Source: Eledone cirrhosa (Eukaryota). Taken from it: 64,000 nt of DNA. Every line of letters begins with the position of its first letter. Within the stretch, counting starts at the first letter, position 1. The DNA lies in assembly GCA_964016885.1 (NCBI GenBank), contig OZ024756.1, forward strand, positions 16,492,001 to 16,556,000, given 5' to 3'. Positions 12,148 to 24,392 of this stretch are shown here, piece by piece. A model generated the notes under the pieces. The model was not told the DNA's origin. It did no database searches and saw only the letters and a list, made by a program, of their open reading frames with translations. Position numbers and translations under genes: made by a program.

Positions 12148-13300
12148 GAGTGTTGGTGCCACGATAACCTACATCTAGTACACCCTGTAAAGTAGTAGTG
12201 TTGGTGCCACGATAACCTACATCTAGTACACTCTGTAAAGTGGTAGTGTTGGTGCCACGATAACCTACATCTAGTACACCCTGTAAAGTAGTAGTGTTGG
12301 TGCCACGATAACCTACATCTAGTACACTCTGTAAAGTGGTAGTGTTGGTGCCACGATAACCTACATCTAGTACACTCTGTAAAGTAGTAGTGTTGGTGCC
12401 ACGATAACCTACATCTAGTACACCCTGTAAAGTGGTAGTGTTGGTGCCACGATAACCTACATCTAGTACACTCTGTAAAGTGGTAGTGTTGGTGCCGCGA
12501 TAACATGCACCCAATTCACTCTGTAAAGTGGTAGTGTTGGTGCCATGATAACATGCACCCAGTTCACTCTGTAAAATGGTAGTGTTGGTGCCATGATAAC
12601 ATGCACCCAGTTCACTCTGTAAAATGGTAGTGTTGGTGCCATGATAACATGCACCCAGTTCACTCTGTAAAATGGTAGTGTTGGTGCCACGATAACCTAC
12701 ATATAGTACACTCTGTAAAGTGGTAGTGTTGGTGCCATGATAACATGCACCCAGTTCACTCTGTAAAATGGTAGTGTTGGTGCCACGATAACCTACATAT
12801 AGTACACTCTGTAAAGTGGTAGTGTTGGTGCCACGATAACCTACATCTAGTACACTCTGTAAAGTGGTAGTGTTGGTGCCATGATAACATGCACCCAGTT
12901 CACTCTGTAAAGTGGTAGTGTTGGAGCCACGATAACATGCACCCAGTTCACTCTGTAAAGTGGTAGTGTTGGTGCCATGATAACATGCACCCAGTTCACT
13001 CTGTAAAATGGTAGTGTTGGTGCCACGATAACCTACATATAGTACACTCTGTAAAGTGGTAGTGTTGGTGCCACGATAACCTACATCTAGTACACTCTGT
13101 AAAGTGGTAGTGTTGGTGCCATGATAACATGCACCCAGTTCACTCTGTAAAATGGTAGTGTTGGTGCCACGATAACCTACATATAGTTCACTCTGTAAAG
13201 TGGTAGTGTTGGAGCCACGATAACATGCACCCAGTTCACTCTGTAAAGTGGTAGTGTTGGTGCCATGATAACATGCACCCAGTTCACTCTGTAAAATGTC
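12148..13300. repeat. 48-bp minisatellite (~24 copies, two interleaved variants) related to the RTE/SINE 3'-UTR subrepeat
   Basis: CTGTAAAG at 12185 and 12233; minus-strand unit GGCACCAACACTACCACTTTACAGAGTGAACTGGGTGC. Confidence 0.95.
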
Positions 13301-13440
13301 AGTGTTACTTTTATCAACCTTGAATGGATGAAAGGCAAAGTTGACCTTGTTAGAATTTGAACTGAGAGAACTCTGACCACTGAAACAAATACTGCGAAGC
13401 ATTCTATCCGACATCCTAATGATTCTGCTAATACATCACC
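13300..13440 (-). mobile_element. SINE family B copy abutting the satellite
   Basis: Reverse complement contains GTTCAAATTC...GGTCAACTTTGCCTTTCATCCATTCAAGGTTGATAAAAG. Confidence 0.7.
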
Positions 13441-13499
13441 TATAAACACCATAAAAATATCAAAACAGCATCAATAAACTCTGATTCCTGCTTCTTTAA

Positions 13500-13717
13500 C
13501 CCTTTACCATTTACATCACTCTCTATATATTATTGTATTTTTGTGCTAAAGCTTTTATCTTGCATGATTATCTCATATAATATCGAATCTATGAGATTTT
13601 GATGTTATTTATTTTGAGAACGATACCTTAATGTCAATAAAAGTGGCCGGTTACGACCAGTTTGAACAGAAAGAGGTGAGAATTCTGCCAGATGTGGCTG
13701 GTTTAAATGCTAAAGGG
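13500..13717. mobile_element. piggyBac-like MITE, complete
   Basis: TTAA|CCCTTTACCATTTA ... TAAATGCTAAAGGG|TTAA: CCC/GGG termini and TTAA target duplication. Confidence 0.85.
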
Positions 13718-14029
13718 TTAAACACTGCACTGTGATGCACAGCGTTAATGTTCAAAAGAAACTGCAGCTGCTGCACTCTGGTCAACTTCTATCTCTTGTC
13801 TGCTATTACCAGATCATACAGATATTCAGTGACCTCAGTAAGAAGCCTCTACATGGTCACATGAGCTGCTTGAAATAACAGCAGCTTAATTTCCCTCAAG
13901 TTACATTACATGTTACCATCACTAAAAAAAATATAGCCTTATGGTTAGAATTGGAAGGGTTTTGATCATTGGTCTGTTCTGTTCCGTTCCGATCTGGGGC
14001 TAAACAAAGGAGGACTCTTTATTTGCATG

Positions 14030-14497
14030 ACCTCTAAAAATAGCAGCCTAATTCCCCTTAATTCTTTAGCATTTAAACCAGCTGTATCTGGCCAGAATTT
14101 TCTCACTTTTCTGTTCAAACTGGCCACTTATACCAACGTTAAGGTATTGTTCTCAAAATAAATAATATCATCATCAAAATCTCATAGATTCGATATTATG
14201 TGAGATAAAACCTTTACTGCAAAAATATCTAAAGAAATAAAGGACATAGTAGATAATGTAATTCTAGACCAGTGGTTCTCAACCTTTTTTTACTCATGGA
14301 CCCCTTTTCCCTTATCTTTTTAGGGGTGGACCCCCTCATAGCTATTCAACAAAAGAATATTTTTTGCCTGTGGGCCACGGTTGAGAACCACTGTTCTAGA
14401 CACAAACTATGTTTGAAAAAAAAATTGGATGGTCGCAGAAGGCATTTGGCTGTAGATCTGCTTGATTAGGGTCGACCTGGGGTTAAACAACAACAAA
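14030..14497 (+). mobile_element. Unclassified interspersed repeat with a (CAA)n end, hosting two nested MITEs
   Basis: AAATAGCAGCC-AA-T-CCCTCAA motif also at ~13873, 26180 and 26265; ends ACCTGGGGTTAAACAACAACAA, similar to 13990-14008. Confidence 0.5.
14270..14393. mobile_element. hAT (Charlie-like) MITE, 124 bp
   Basis: Perfect 15-bp TIR CAGTGGTTCTCAACC / GGTTGAGAACCACTG and perfect 8-bp TSD TTCTAGAC (14262-14269 and 14394-14401). Confidence 0.92.
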
Positions 14498-14790
14498 GGT
14501 CTATATTTAATCTTGTCCCGTCTACATTTAATCGTGTTACACCCACATCAATTTTCAGAATACACTCTGACTAAATAACTGCCCCACTCACCCACAAGTC
14601 AGCTGACTTTAGGTCCCAGTGAAAAAAACAGTTATTAAAAATTTCTGCTGCTTCTATTCTGTTGTCAGTAAAAACTTATTTCCTCAAAACCTTTGTTCCT
14701 ATTGAGCTCTCCATTGCAATTGTTCAATTCTCATGGACACGTTCTTTTGTTTGTTCTTCATTGTCGACTTATTTCTGCTCAGTTGACTGT

Positions 14791-15176
14791 TTAACACTTT
14801 AGCATTTATATATTTGCTATTGTATTTTCAGAGTAAAGGCATTATATCACATAATATTGAACCTGAGATTTTGATATTATTTATTTTTAGAACAATACCT
14901 TAACATCAGTATGAGTAGCCAGTTATGGTAGGTTTGAACAGAAAGAGACGAGATAATTCTGGCCAGATACAGCTGGTTTAACTCTTTTGTATTTGAACCG
15001 GCCATAATTCTCTCACCTCTTTCTGTTCTAACCGGCTGTAACTGGCTACTCATACTGATGTTAAGGTATTGTTCTCAAAATAAATTATATCAAAATATCA
15101 GATTCAATATTACATGAGGTAAAGCCTTTACCATGAAAATACAATAGTAAATATAGAGTAATGTAAATGAGTTAAA
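14791..15176. mobile_element. Two piggyBac-like MITE copies in inverted orientation
   Basis: 14795-14980 matches the orientation of 13500-13717; 14981-15175 matches the orientation of 17763-17972. Confidence 0.75.
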
Positions 15177-15579
15177 CTGTCTTCATATATTTTATTCACT
15201 TTGATCAAATTACTAAATATATTTCATTGTTTACTTTGTTCAAACTACCAGATATGTTTTGTTGTTCCATACCCTGTTCACTCTTTTCAAGCAACTGGAT
15301 ATATCTAACCCATGCTAGCGTGGCAGATGGACGTTAAACGAAGATGATGATGATGATAATTACTGTTTACTATCCTGTTCAATCTGCTCCAACTACTAGG
15401 AATGTCTGGTTTACTACCCAGTTGGCTCTGTTCAAACTACTACACATCTTACTGTTCACTATATTCAAACTACTGGATATCTTACTGTTCACTATGCTCA
15501 AATTGTTAGATATATCTTTTTATGAGATCAATGTTCATTTCCATCTTCCATCGCTACTTAGTGGATTACTAGATCTCTC

Positions 15580-16080
15580 TTACATCATATCCCTGAGTGT
15601 GTCTGGTTTACAATAGGTACACTGTATCACTGTGTATATCTGGTTTACAATAGGTACACTGTATCACTGTGTATATTTGGTTTACAATAGGTACACCATA
15701 TCCCTATATATATCTGGTTTACAATAGGTACACCATATCCCTGTGTATATCTGGTTTACAATAGGTACACCATATCCCTGTGTATATCTGGTTTACAATA
15801 GGTACACCATATCCCTGTGTATATCTGGTTTACAATAGGTACACCATATCCCTGTGTGTATCTGGTTTACAATAGGTACCCCATATCCCTGAGTGTATCT
15901 GGTTTACAATAGGTACACCATATCCCTGAGTATATCTGGTTTACAATAGGTACACCATATCCCTGTATATATATCTGGTTTACAATAGGTACACCACATC
16001 TCTGTGTATATTTTTACAATAGGTACACCATATCCCTATGTGTATCTGGCTTACAATAGGTACACTGTATCCCTGTGTGT
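15580..16080. repeat. 37-bp minisatellite, ~13 copies
   Basis: TATCTGGTTTACAATAGGTACACCATATCCCTGTGTA; ACAATAGG at 15721 and 15758. Confidence 0.95.
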
Positions 16081-16429
16081 TGTCCCAAGAAGTGACTAAC
16101 ACATCTGGTGATGAGGTGAAGAGCAGCTACATTAATATGGGATTTAATACATCTGGTGATGGTCAAGTGTGTTAATATAGGACCTAACACATCTGTGATC
16201 ATGTGTGTTATAGGACAAGTGGTGTCAAGAAAGGTATCTAGCTATTGAGGCATCACCTTAAGAACAGCTCCATGATGGATATGAAGTGGGGGAGATGGCT
16301 TTAAAATGTTTGATGTGTGTATTTAGATGTGACTTAGATTTCAAGACATTTAACATTTCTGTTATTTTTTATTGTCTCTCAGATTATTAGCCTCCTCATA
16401 TCTAGAACGTGATGAAAGGTGTTCCGATA

Positions 16430-17195
16430 ACATGACCATCACCAGATGTGTTAACACACTTGATCTTCATTAGATGTGTTAGGTTCTATATTAACACGCC
16501 TGACCATCACCAGATGTTTTAGGTTCTATATTAACACGCCTGACCATCACCAGATGTGTTAGGTCCTATATTAACATGCCTGACCATCACCAGATGTGTT
16601 AGGTCCTATATTAACACGCCTGACCATCACCAGATGTGTTAGGTCCTATATTAACACATCTGACCATCACCAGATGTGTTAGGTCCTATATTAACACGCC
16701 TGACCATCACCAGATGTGTTAGGTCCTATATTAACACGCCTGACCATCACCAGATGTGTTAGGTTCTATATTAACACGCCTGACCATCACCAGATGTGTT
16801 AGGTCCTATATTAACACGCCTGACCATCACCAGATGTGTTAGGTCCTATATTAACACGCCTGACCATCACCAGATGTGTTAGGTCCTATATTAACACGCC
16901 TGACCATCACCAGATGTGTTAGGTTCTATATTAACACGCCTGACCATCACCAGATGTGTTAGGTCCTATATTAACACGCCTGACCATCACCAGATGTGTT
17001 AGGTTCTATATTAACACGCCTGACCATCACCAGATGTGATAGGTCCTATATTAACACACCTGACCATCACCAGATGTGTTGTTATATATAACACACCTGA
17101 TCAGTACCAGATGTGTTGTTATATATAACACACCTGATCAGTACCAGATGTGTTAGGTCATATATTAACGTAGCTGCTCTTCACCAGATGTGTTA
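16430..17195. repeat. 40-bp minisatellite, ~17 copies
   Basis: TGACCATCACCAGATGTGTTAGGTCCTATATTAACACGCC; three units per 120 nt. Confidence 0.95.
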
Positions 17196-17762
17196 TTTGT
17201 AGGTGTTTACTTCATAGTATGAGTTTGGATTTAAACTTGGAACTGTTCAGTTCTAAAGCAAAGGTAATGTTACCAACTGTGTCAGTGACACATGTAGTAG
17301 CAACTGTGTCAGTGACACATGTAGTAACAACTGTGCCACATTTATAGATATATACATTGTTTGCACTGTCAAATGCCAGCATATAAATCGATCCGGCAAA
17401 AAAGTCGCCTCTTAAAATTCTGAGGTGTACTTCAGGCTTAGGCCTATATTTGCTGGATACAACTACCCCCCCAAAAAATAAGGCAGTACTATCTCTCCAA
17501 CCCTAGATGTGCTTGCCATTCTTTATTTGCACAAAATATAAAACATGGAAATAAACACTAAATTGTTGTAAAATAAAAATGCATGTGAAGAAAATATAAT
17601 TTGTAAAATTTATTTTAAAGAAAACAAAATGATTTAACTGAACTGTTTTATTAGCAAACAACATGCTACCACACAGTAATTCATATCCAGTAATTTTACA
17701 AACCTAAAATTTCCTTATCCTCATCTGACATAAACAGCCAGAATAAACCAGCCTAACCTTAA

Positions 17763-17972
17763 CCCTTTAATGTTCAAACCGGCCAAAACCGGCCAGAATT
17801 CTCTACCTCTTTTTGTTGTAACTGGTTGCTCAAACTGATGTTAAGGTATTGTTCTCAAAATAAATACTTTCAAAATCTCATAGATTCGATATTATGTGAG
17901 ATAATTATGTGAGTTAAAGCCTTTACCATGAAAATACAATAGTATATATAGAGTAATGTAAATGCTAAAGGG
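17763..17972. mobile_element. piggyBac-like MITE, complete
   Basis: TTAA|CCCTTTAATGTTCA ... TAAATGCTAAAGGG|TTAA. Confidence 0.85.
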
Positions 17973-18225
17973 TTAACGGATCTATGGTAACCTACCCTAT
18001 GGTAAGCTACTCTGATAACCTACCCTATCAGCTGCAACAAGTCATTGATATTATAATCTCTATGTTGAATAGACTTAACAAATATGAGATTCAGCAGGAA
18101 ATAATTGAGGTGGGCTGCTAGAATTATGGTAAGAGTTGTACAACAAGTGTTAGGCAGCCAGTTTCACTGTTTACTCCTCGGTGGTAAAGGTTCACATTTT
18201 ATATTCGGCAAACAAGTCAACCCCT

Positions 18226-18592
18226 TCATCATTTTCCCTGCTTGCAAGGGTGGGACGGGAACTGATTCTGGCTTGATTTCTACAGCTGGATGCCCTTCCT
18301 AACACCAACCTTATTTACAGTGAGTGCTGGGTGCTTTTTTTTCTGTGGCACCTACACATCCACTTTACAGTGAGTGGTGGGTGCTTTTTTGCTGTGGCAC
18401 CTCCACGACCACTTTGCAGTGGAATGATAGGGACCCCAGTCCTATCATCTCATTTCTACAGCTGAGTAAACTGGAGCAATGTGAAATAAAGTGTCTTGCT
18501 CAAGGAAACAACACATCACCCGGTCTGAGAATTGAACTCACAACCTTTCGATTGCAAGGCAAATGCTCTAACCACTAAGCCATGTGCCTCCA
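18226..18592 (-). mobile_element. SINE family A copy
   Basis: Near-identical to 2185-2537, with one extra 3' subrepeat. Confidence 0.85.
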
Positions 18593-18685
18593 TCTATATA
18601 CATATAGATATATATACACTGTTTACACTGTCAGATGTGAACATATCTCTCACTCTCAGTCCACACACACACACACACATACATA

Positions 18686-19159
18686 CAGTAATCCCCTGCT
18701 ACATCGCAGATTTTTTGGTTAGAACATATCTATTTTCTTATCATGGTACATCGTACATCTGAATAAAAAGTGTTTAGAATTTAAACTTATTAAATAAGTT
18801 TTGATGTGATTGAAGTGTATAGCGTAAGGAAGGGGTATGTTTTTATTTTTCATTCCATTACTGTTTTACTGATTGTGTTTTTCTCTAATCTACTATAAAC
18901 CCTTCATAGATTGATGGGAGATGTGCAGTGTATTACCAAGAGGCTAACATGGCTGGTAATGATTGTCAGTGGTACGATCGTTACTGTTTTTGGTGTTTAA
19001 ATACAAAAGTGTGTTTTAATGAGTTTCTATGTACTTAAAACATATAAAGGCTTAAACTATGAAAACAACGATTGTCTTTATGGTTTCTCTATATCGCGGA
19101 TTTTCATTTATCGCAGTTGCTTCTGGAACGTATCCCGCTCGATAAACGGGGGATTACTG
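18686..19159. mobile_element. Tc1/pogo (Tigger-like) non-autonomous DNA transposon
   Basis: TA|CAGTAATCCCC ... GGGGATTACTG|TA terminal inverted repeats with TA flanks. Confidence 0.8.
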
Positions 19160-19179
19160 TATATATATATGTATATATA

Positions 19180-19238
19180 TATATATAAAACGGGGGATGT
19201 CTGTCTGTGTAAATCCCTAAAACTCGAAGTACCCAACC

Positions 19239-19270
<32 letters not shown>

Positions 19271-20235
19271 CAAACTTTACACATGCCGTTACTTATATTT
19301 CTTGAAGTACAATGGACTAAAAATTTTAATTTTTCTGCCCTATGGCCCACATTAGGCGAAAAACCGCATTTTAAAGGCATTTTTAGGCTTTTTTGAGGTA
19401 TAACTGAAAGATAATCCAGTCAATTTCCTCAAAATTTGCAGCACACATAGTTAGTCCCCTCGCATTGCTGTGGACAAAAAACAATTTTCGATTCCATTAA
19501 TGGTTTCTAGGAAATTTACGAATTAGCATTGGGCATTACATGCCATTTTCATTTTCAATATAAACGCTACTTAAACATCGTAAGTAGCGTTTAATATTTC
19601 GTTAAAAATTTGGTTTCTTTAACAGAGGACACAACACTTACTTTTAAGTAGGACCATTTTTGGGGAATTGAGGAAATGATGAGGACCTTAAAATTTTTGT
19701 CGGCACCCTGTTGATGGTGACCCCAATAGTAACTCTGAAGCATTCGGCATCTGATATAACAGTTCGGTCTATATCAGATTGGGTAGATTTACAAAGAGGC
19801 TATGGTCTCCTGTGGGGAAGGCCCAACATGCTGTGCGGTTGCATGATATGTCTTACTCAAGCATTGCAGGCTTTACTCTGTACAGTATGCCTGCAAGTGC
19901 AATAGAAATAACTGATGATGTCTGACCGGATGACTGGGTGCGAATCTATAAAACTCGAAAAAGTACCTAACCGATTCTCTCCAAATGGAAGAAAAATCAT
20001 ACTCTAAGATTTAGTACGCTTAAAGAGTATCCAGCTGATTTTCTTCAGATTTTGCACATGGATGCAGATGTTTCACGATTCGAGCCTGCTGGTGTTCTAC
20101 GTTTCCAGTAGATGAACAATCATTCCCTGAGAATAAAGGAATTCAAAAAGTACACAGCTACATTCCTCAATCTTTGCATATGACTGTTGCTATTTCACGT
20201 TTACTACCCCGTGCAACGCAGGGTCCTCCTGCTAG
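19180..20235 (+). mobile_element. Non-autonomous Helitron-like element
   Basis: 5' TATATAAAA...GTCTGTCTGTG start; 3' GC-rich hairpin CCCGTGCAACGCAGGG followed ~8 nt later by CTAG|T; no TIRs. Internal repeat AAAACTCGAA...AACCGATT at ~19220 and ~19950. Confidence 0.65.
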
Positions 20236-20399
20236 TAGATATATATATATATATACCCACACACACACTCACACTTAGACACATACATTGTTTACATGGT
20301 CAGATGTCAACATATAGATATATATATACACTATGAGATATCAACATATAAATATACATACATTGTTAGATGTGACCATATCTACCTTCTCCCACTTAT

Positions 20400-21035
20400 T
20401 CCTGAGGGGGGTCATGGGGACAGAATTCTGACATGGAGGCTCCTCAAGCTAGACCAACCTAGCTCAAGGATGTCATCCAACCATTTTGCTCATGGTCTAC
20501 CCTTAGGTCTCCTGGTGCTTGGCTTTGCCCATAAATTATGTCCACCAATTCTTTCCTTAGACATTCTAACCACATATCTGTAGTATTGGAGCTATATTCA
20601 CTTTATAATGTAGAGAAGTAGCGGCTTTACCTGGAGTGACTCCCTGATCTCTGAGTAATGTTACTCTGAAAACCCTTCAGAGGCACCCGCTTTCAGTTAT
20701 TTGTAATTGCAGTTGTATTCTTTCAGTCATTAGCCAATATAAGAGTAGGTATGAACATGAAATTGAAGTTGGCAAGTTTGGTACTTAACCCTACCTCTCT
20801 TCTGATGACTGAGTGCTGAAGCTGGCACGTTATTGCACTTGATTCAGCTTCATGCCCTCCATCACACATTGAAACAGCTCTGAGATATTTGAACTTCTTC
20901 TTCTGCTTCTGTGTAACTCTACACATATGTAGAGTGCATCGCGTAGGCTTTCTCAAGTGAACGAATGTCACAGTACTGATTTTTATTCCCGCCGTCCAGC
21001 ACTCTGCGGCAAACTTGCATGTTGGAGAACACCTG
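20400..21035 (-). pseudogene. Highly decayed LINE RT fragment (RTE-like)
   Basis: Minus-strand remnants LEKAY, KKFKYL and MFIPTL, plus a downstream RRP-GRP-like segment. Confidence 0.5.
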
Positions 21036-21624
21036 ACAACAACTATATTTATATATAGGTTTTTTTTTGGGGGGGGGGGGGTTTAAGGGGATCATCATCA
21101 TTTTAAGGTGGACATAAAATGATGATGATGATTCCGCTTAAAAAAATTGTTTTTCGTTTTGTCTTGTTTTCCTATGTTGTCTTGTCCTTTCTTTGTTAAT
21201 TTTCTTAGGTTTATCAATACTAATGTGACAAATGTGTTAATTTCAGTGGCTTACATTTTTTAACACAATATCTTACATTCTTCTTGTCTTTTTTCTTATT
21301 TGCTTTTTCTTCCCTTTTCCTTTGTTTCATTTATGAGACCCTCGTGCTATAAAAAGTACCAGACTTTTTCCCTGACGTCACATAAATTCAATGTGTACTT
21401 GTTATAGCGTCATTGCTATAAATTAATGTTTTATCTCTTGTGTCAGACACTGTGACCCCGGTTGGACCAGCAGTACTGTTGGTAGGGGTCGAAACTACCA
21501 AAGTATTTGATTTTTAACCAGAGCTACTCTGTTGTTGAAGAAGATTTTTTTTTCTACAGCAGGACATGATTTGGTCATCTGTCATGTACACAATAGTTAT
21601 TTACACTGTCAGTCAACTATGACC

Positions 21625-22051
21625 ACATCTACAGGTCGGTTATATGATGCCTATGAGACATGGGCACCAACTGTGGAGGATATGCAATGGCTGGAGAGAA
21701 ATGAAGCAAGGCTCCGATGAATATGCAATGTCAATGTGCGTGAACGACCAAGCATGGACGAGTTGAGTGAAACTGTGTATAAGAGGGATAAACTGTAGTG
21801 TGCGTGAGAGAAGACTGCATTGATATGGACATGTGATGTGTATGGAAGATGACCATTGGGTGAAGTGCCAAGATATCCCAGTGAAAGGAAGACCATGAAA
21901 AACACCAGTGGAGGTGGTGAGAGCTGACCCCAAATTGCTGAAGCTCACAGAGGAGATGACAAGGGGCTGTGACAAATGGAGAGATGCTGTGCTAAAAAGG
22001 ACCCATCCCACCTTTGCAAGCAAGCGAAAGCGGGTATAAAATGATGATGAT
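21625..22051 (+). mobile_element. 5'-truncated RTE LINE 3' end
   Basis: GRLYDA..ETWA..VEDMQWLERNEA is homologous to the ORF at 60353-61594; ends TAAAATGATGATGA. Confidence 0.8.
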
Positions 22052-22107
22052 TGCTATCTTTATTGTGTCAGTCAACTGTGACCACATGTATATAGATATA
22101 AATTTAC

Positions 22108-22292
22108 ATGAGGGAAGGCTGAAGAGTTCTTAGGCTGACAATGAAAGATTGATGTTAGAGCTGTGAAATATTACATGCATTAATTTCAACTCTTCTTATT
22201 AATAACTGCATTGTTTCTTTCCAGGGACAATGTTGAAAAATAAACACGATTAGGTCATTCCATGAGAATATCTTGGTCAGCCTATGAACTTG
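22108..22292. mobile_element. Mariner-like MITE remnant
   Basis: GAGTTCTTAGGCTGAC near the left end and GTCAGCCTATGAACTT at the right end are inverted repeats. Confidence 0.55.
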
Positions 22293-22339
22293 TTATATAT
22301 ATATATATACAATGATATTAAATAAATGGAAACCATATT

Positions 22340-22404
22340 TATTTTATTATATATATTTCAAGGGCAACCAAGACAACATTGGTGCGCTTTCATCAGATAA
22401 AATA
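22340..22404 (-). ncRNA. Type I hammerhead ribozyme motif (inverted pLTR copy)
   Basis: Exact reverse complement of 25367-25431. Confidence 0.75.
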
Positions 22405-23217
22405 CAAAGTTTGTTTTATAAATAGAGATGTACCCATGAAAATCATACCTTATCGGTTGGAAATTCACTGGATAGTGGAAATATATTAGGGATTATTCAA
22501 ACTTATGTGTGAATATGCAAATGAATATGTAAATAATTGAAAAATAACCGTTTATTTAAATGACACTGGAGAGAGAGAGAGAAGAGAGAGAAAAAATATT
22601 ACGAGAGAGATAGAGAGAAGAAATTCACAAGAGGATGAATAGAACTCATCTAACGTTAATATGGGGGAATAAATTTTAAGTATATATCTACTAATGGTAC
22701 GTATATTTACGATTATTTAGTTGTTAAAATTATTTTCTAATATAATATTTACTGTTATAAGTAGATAGAAAAATAAATAAATATATATAAAATTAGATAG
22801 AAAAATATATGGAAAAATAAATAGATAGAAAAATAGATATATAGAAAAATAAATAGATAAATGGATAGATGGGTATATCGTGTTATAGATAATTGTTTTA
22901 ATGAGTTATGAGGGATATTGGTTTATATTTAATGTAAGTAATTAAGTTAACTGAGTTAATAAGAATATTTATATTTATATATTTTAAATTTGGAAAGATA
23001 CGGAAAAAACTCCAGTTTTGTTTATTTATTCATTAGTATGAGACTATTTTGTCAAAATAAGTATAAATGTTAAAGATATAAATGTTGAAAGATATATTTA
23101 GCCTGAATTAGTTAGTGGTTATAAATCTAATAAAAGATATTAAAAAATTTTATTAAAAAATATTAAAAATTCAGGGAAAATTTTAAAATAATAATTTATA
23201 AAAGATAAGTAAATTTA

Positions 23218-24392
23218 TATCGTGATGATATGTTGCTTTTAATTGAAAATCAGAGTAATTGTGAAATTAATAGAAAAAGAAAATCAATAATACAATTTTT
23301 CAATAGCTACAATCTTAAGTTAGAAATAGAGAATAACTATAAAATTGTTAACTTTTTAGGCGTAACATTAAACCTTAACACAGGGCTCTACTATCCATTC
23401 CATAAAATTAATGAGAACTATGTAAGTTTTAACTCTAATCATCCTAGTTCTATCAAGAACACTATTGTGAATTCTATCCAACAACGTATTTCACGCATCT
23501 CCGCTAATAAAAACATTTTTGACAATAAGGCAGAATATTATAATGAAGCTTTAAATAGAGCAGGGTATATAAATAAGATTAAATACATTGACAACAGTGA
23601 TAAGGCAAATAATCCTACTATTAATTATAATTACAATAAAAAATCTAACTTAAATTCTAAAACTAACAGAAGAAATAGAACTAGAAATATAATTTGGTAC
23701 TCACCCCCATTCTCATTAAGCATTAAAACACCTTTAGCAAAGCTATTCTTCAAAGCACTAGATAAATGTTTTTCAAAAGCCCATAGATACCACTCAATCT
23801 TTAACAGACATACAATAAAACTATCTTACTCTACTACTATGAACATAGCACAAAATATAAATAGAATCAATAATAGAAATTTAAACCCTAACCAAAATAG
23901 CAGCAATATCTCTAGCAATATCCAACATAATAGTACCGTTCCGATTAACATCAACTCCGCTAAATGTAACTGTAGAATTAAATCAAACTGTCGTTTAAAA
24001 AATAAGTGCTTAGATAAGGACGTGGTCTATAAATGTACAGTCAAAACCAGTGATAATATATTTAACTATGTAGGTTCAACCTCTAGAGTCTTTAAAAGTC
24101 GCTGGAATAATCACAAATGCTCTTTCCGAAAACTTGATAAAAAATCTTCAACTTCTCTATCAAAACCTGATATGGAACTTAAAATGCAAAAATATGGACT
24201 ATTCTTTAACTTTGGAAATAATTTCGAAAGCACCCACCTACCGAAACAGCTTTCTCTAGATTTTGAAAATTGTGTGTTGAGGAAATTTTCTTCATACTTA
24301 AATGTAAGAACTCTATTAATGTACGGACAGATTTATTTAGTTCTTGTAAACATCGCCTAAATTCAATGTTTAGAACTATATATAAATTATAA
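23218..24392 (+). pseudogene. PLE RT (from YRDD) + GIY-YIG endonuclease, two frameshifts
   Basis: TAT CGT GAT GAT (23218-23229) is in frame with ORF 23230-24360. A +1 shift at ~24166 gives LIWNLK..LEIISKAPTYRNS; a second shift at ~24254 gives SRF*KLCVEE..SSCKHR to TAA at 24390-24392. Confidence 0.85.

Noticed and set aside
11936-13414. 492-aa repetitive ORF
   Set aside because: Open frame arises from a 48-bp satellite plus a SINE; no independent coding evidence.
11500-17195. CRISPR-like appearance of the regular repeats
   Set aside because: Units are contiguous with no unique spacers and no cas genes; context is eukaryotic.
21445-21500. Hairpin GACCCC...GGGGTC-GAAAC resembling a hammerhead
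   Set aside because: CUGANGA core is incomplete (CTGTGA) and stem I is absent; at best a decayed remnant.
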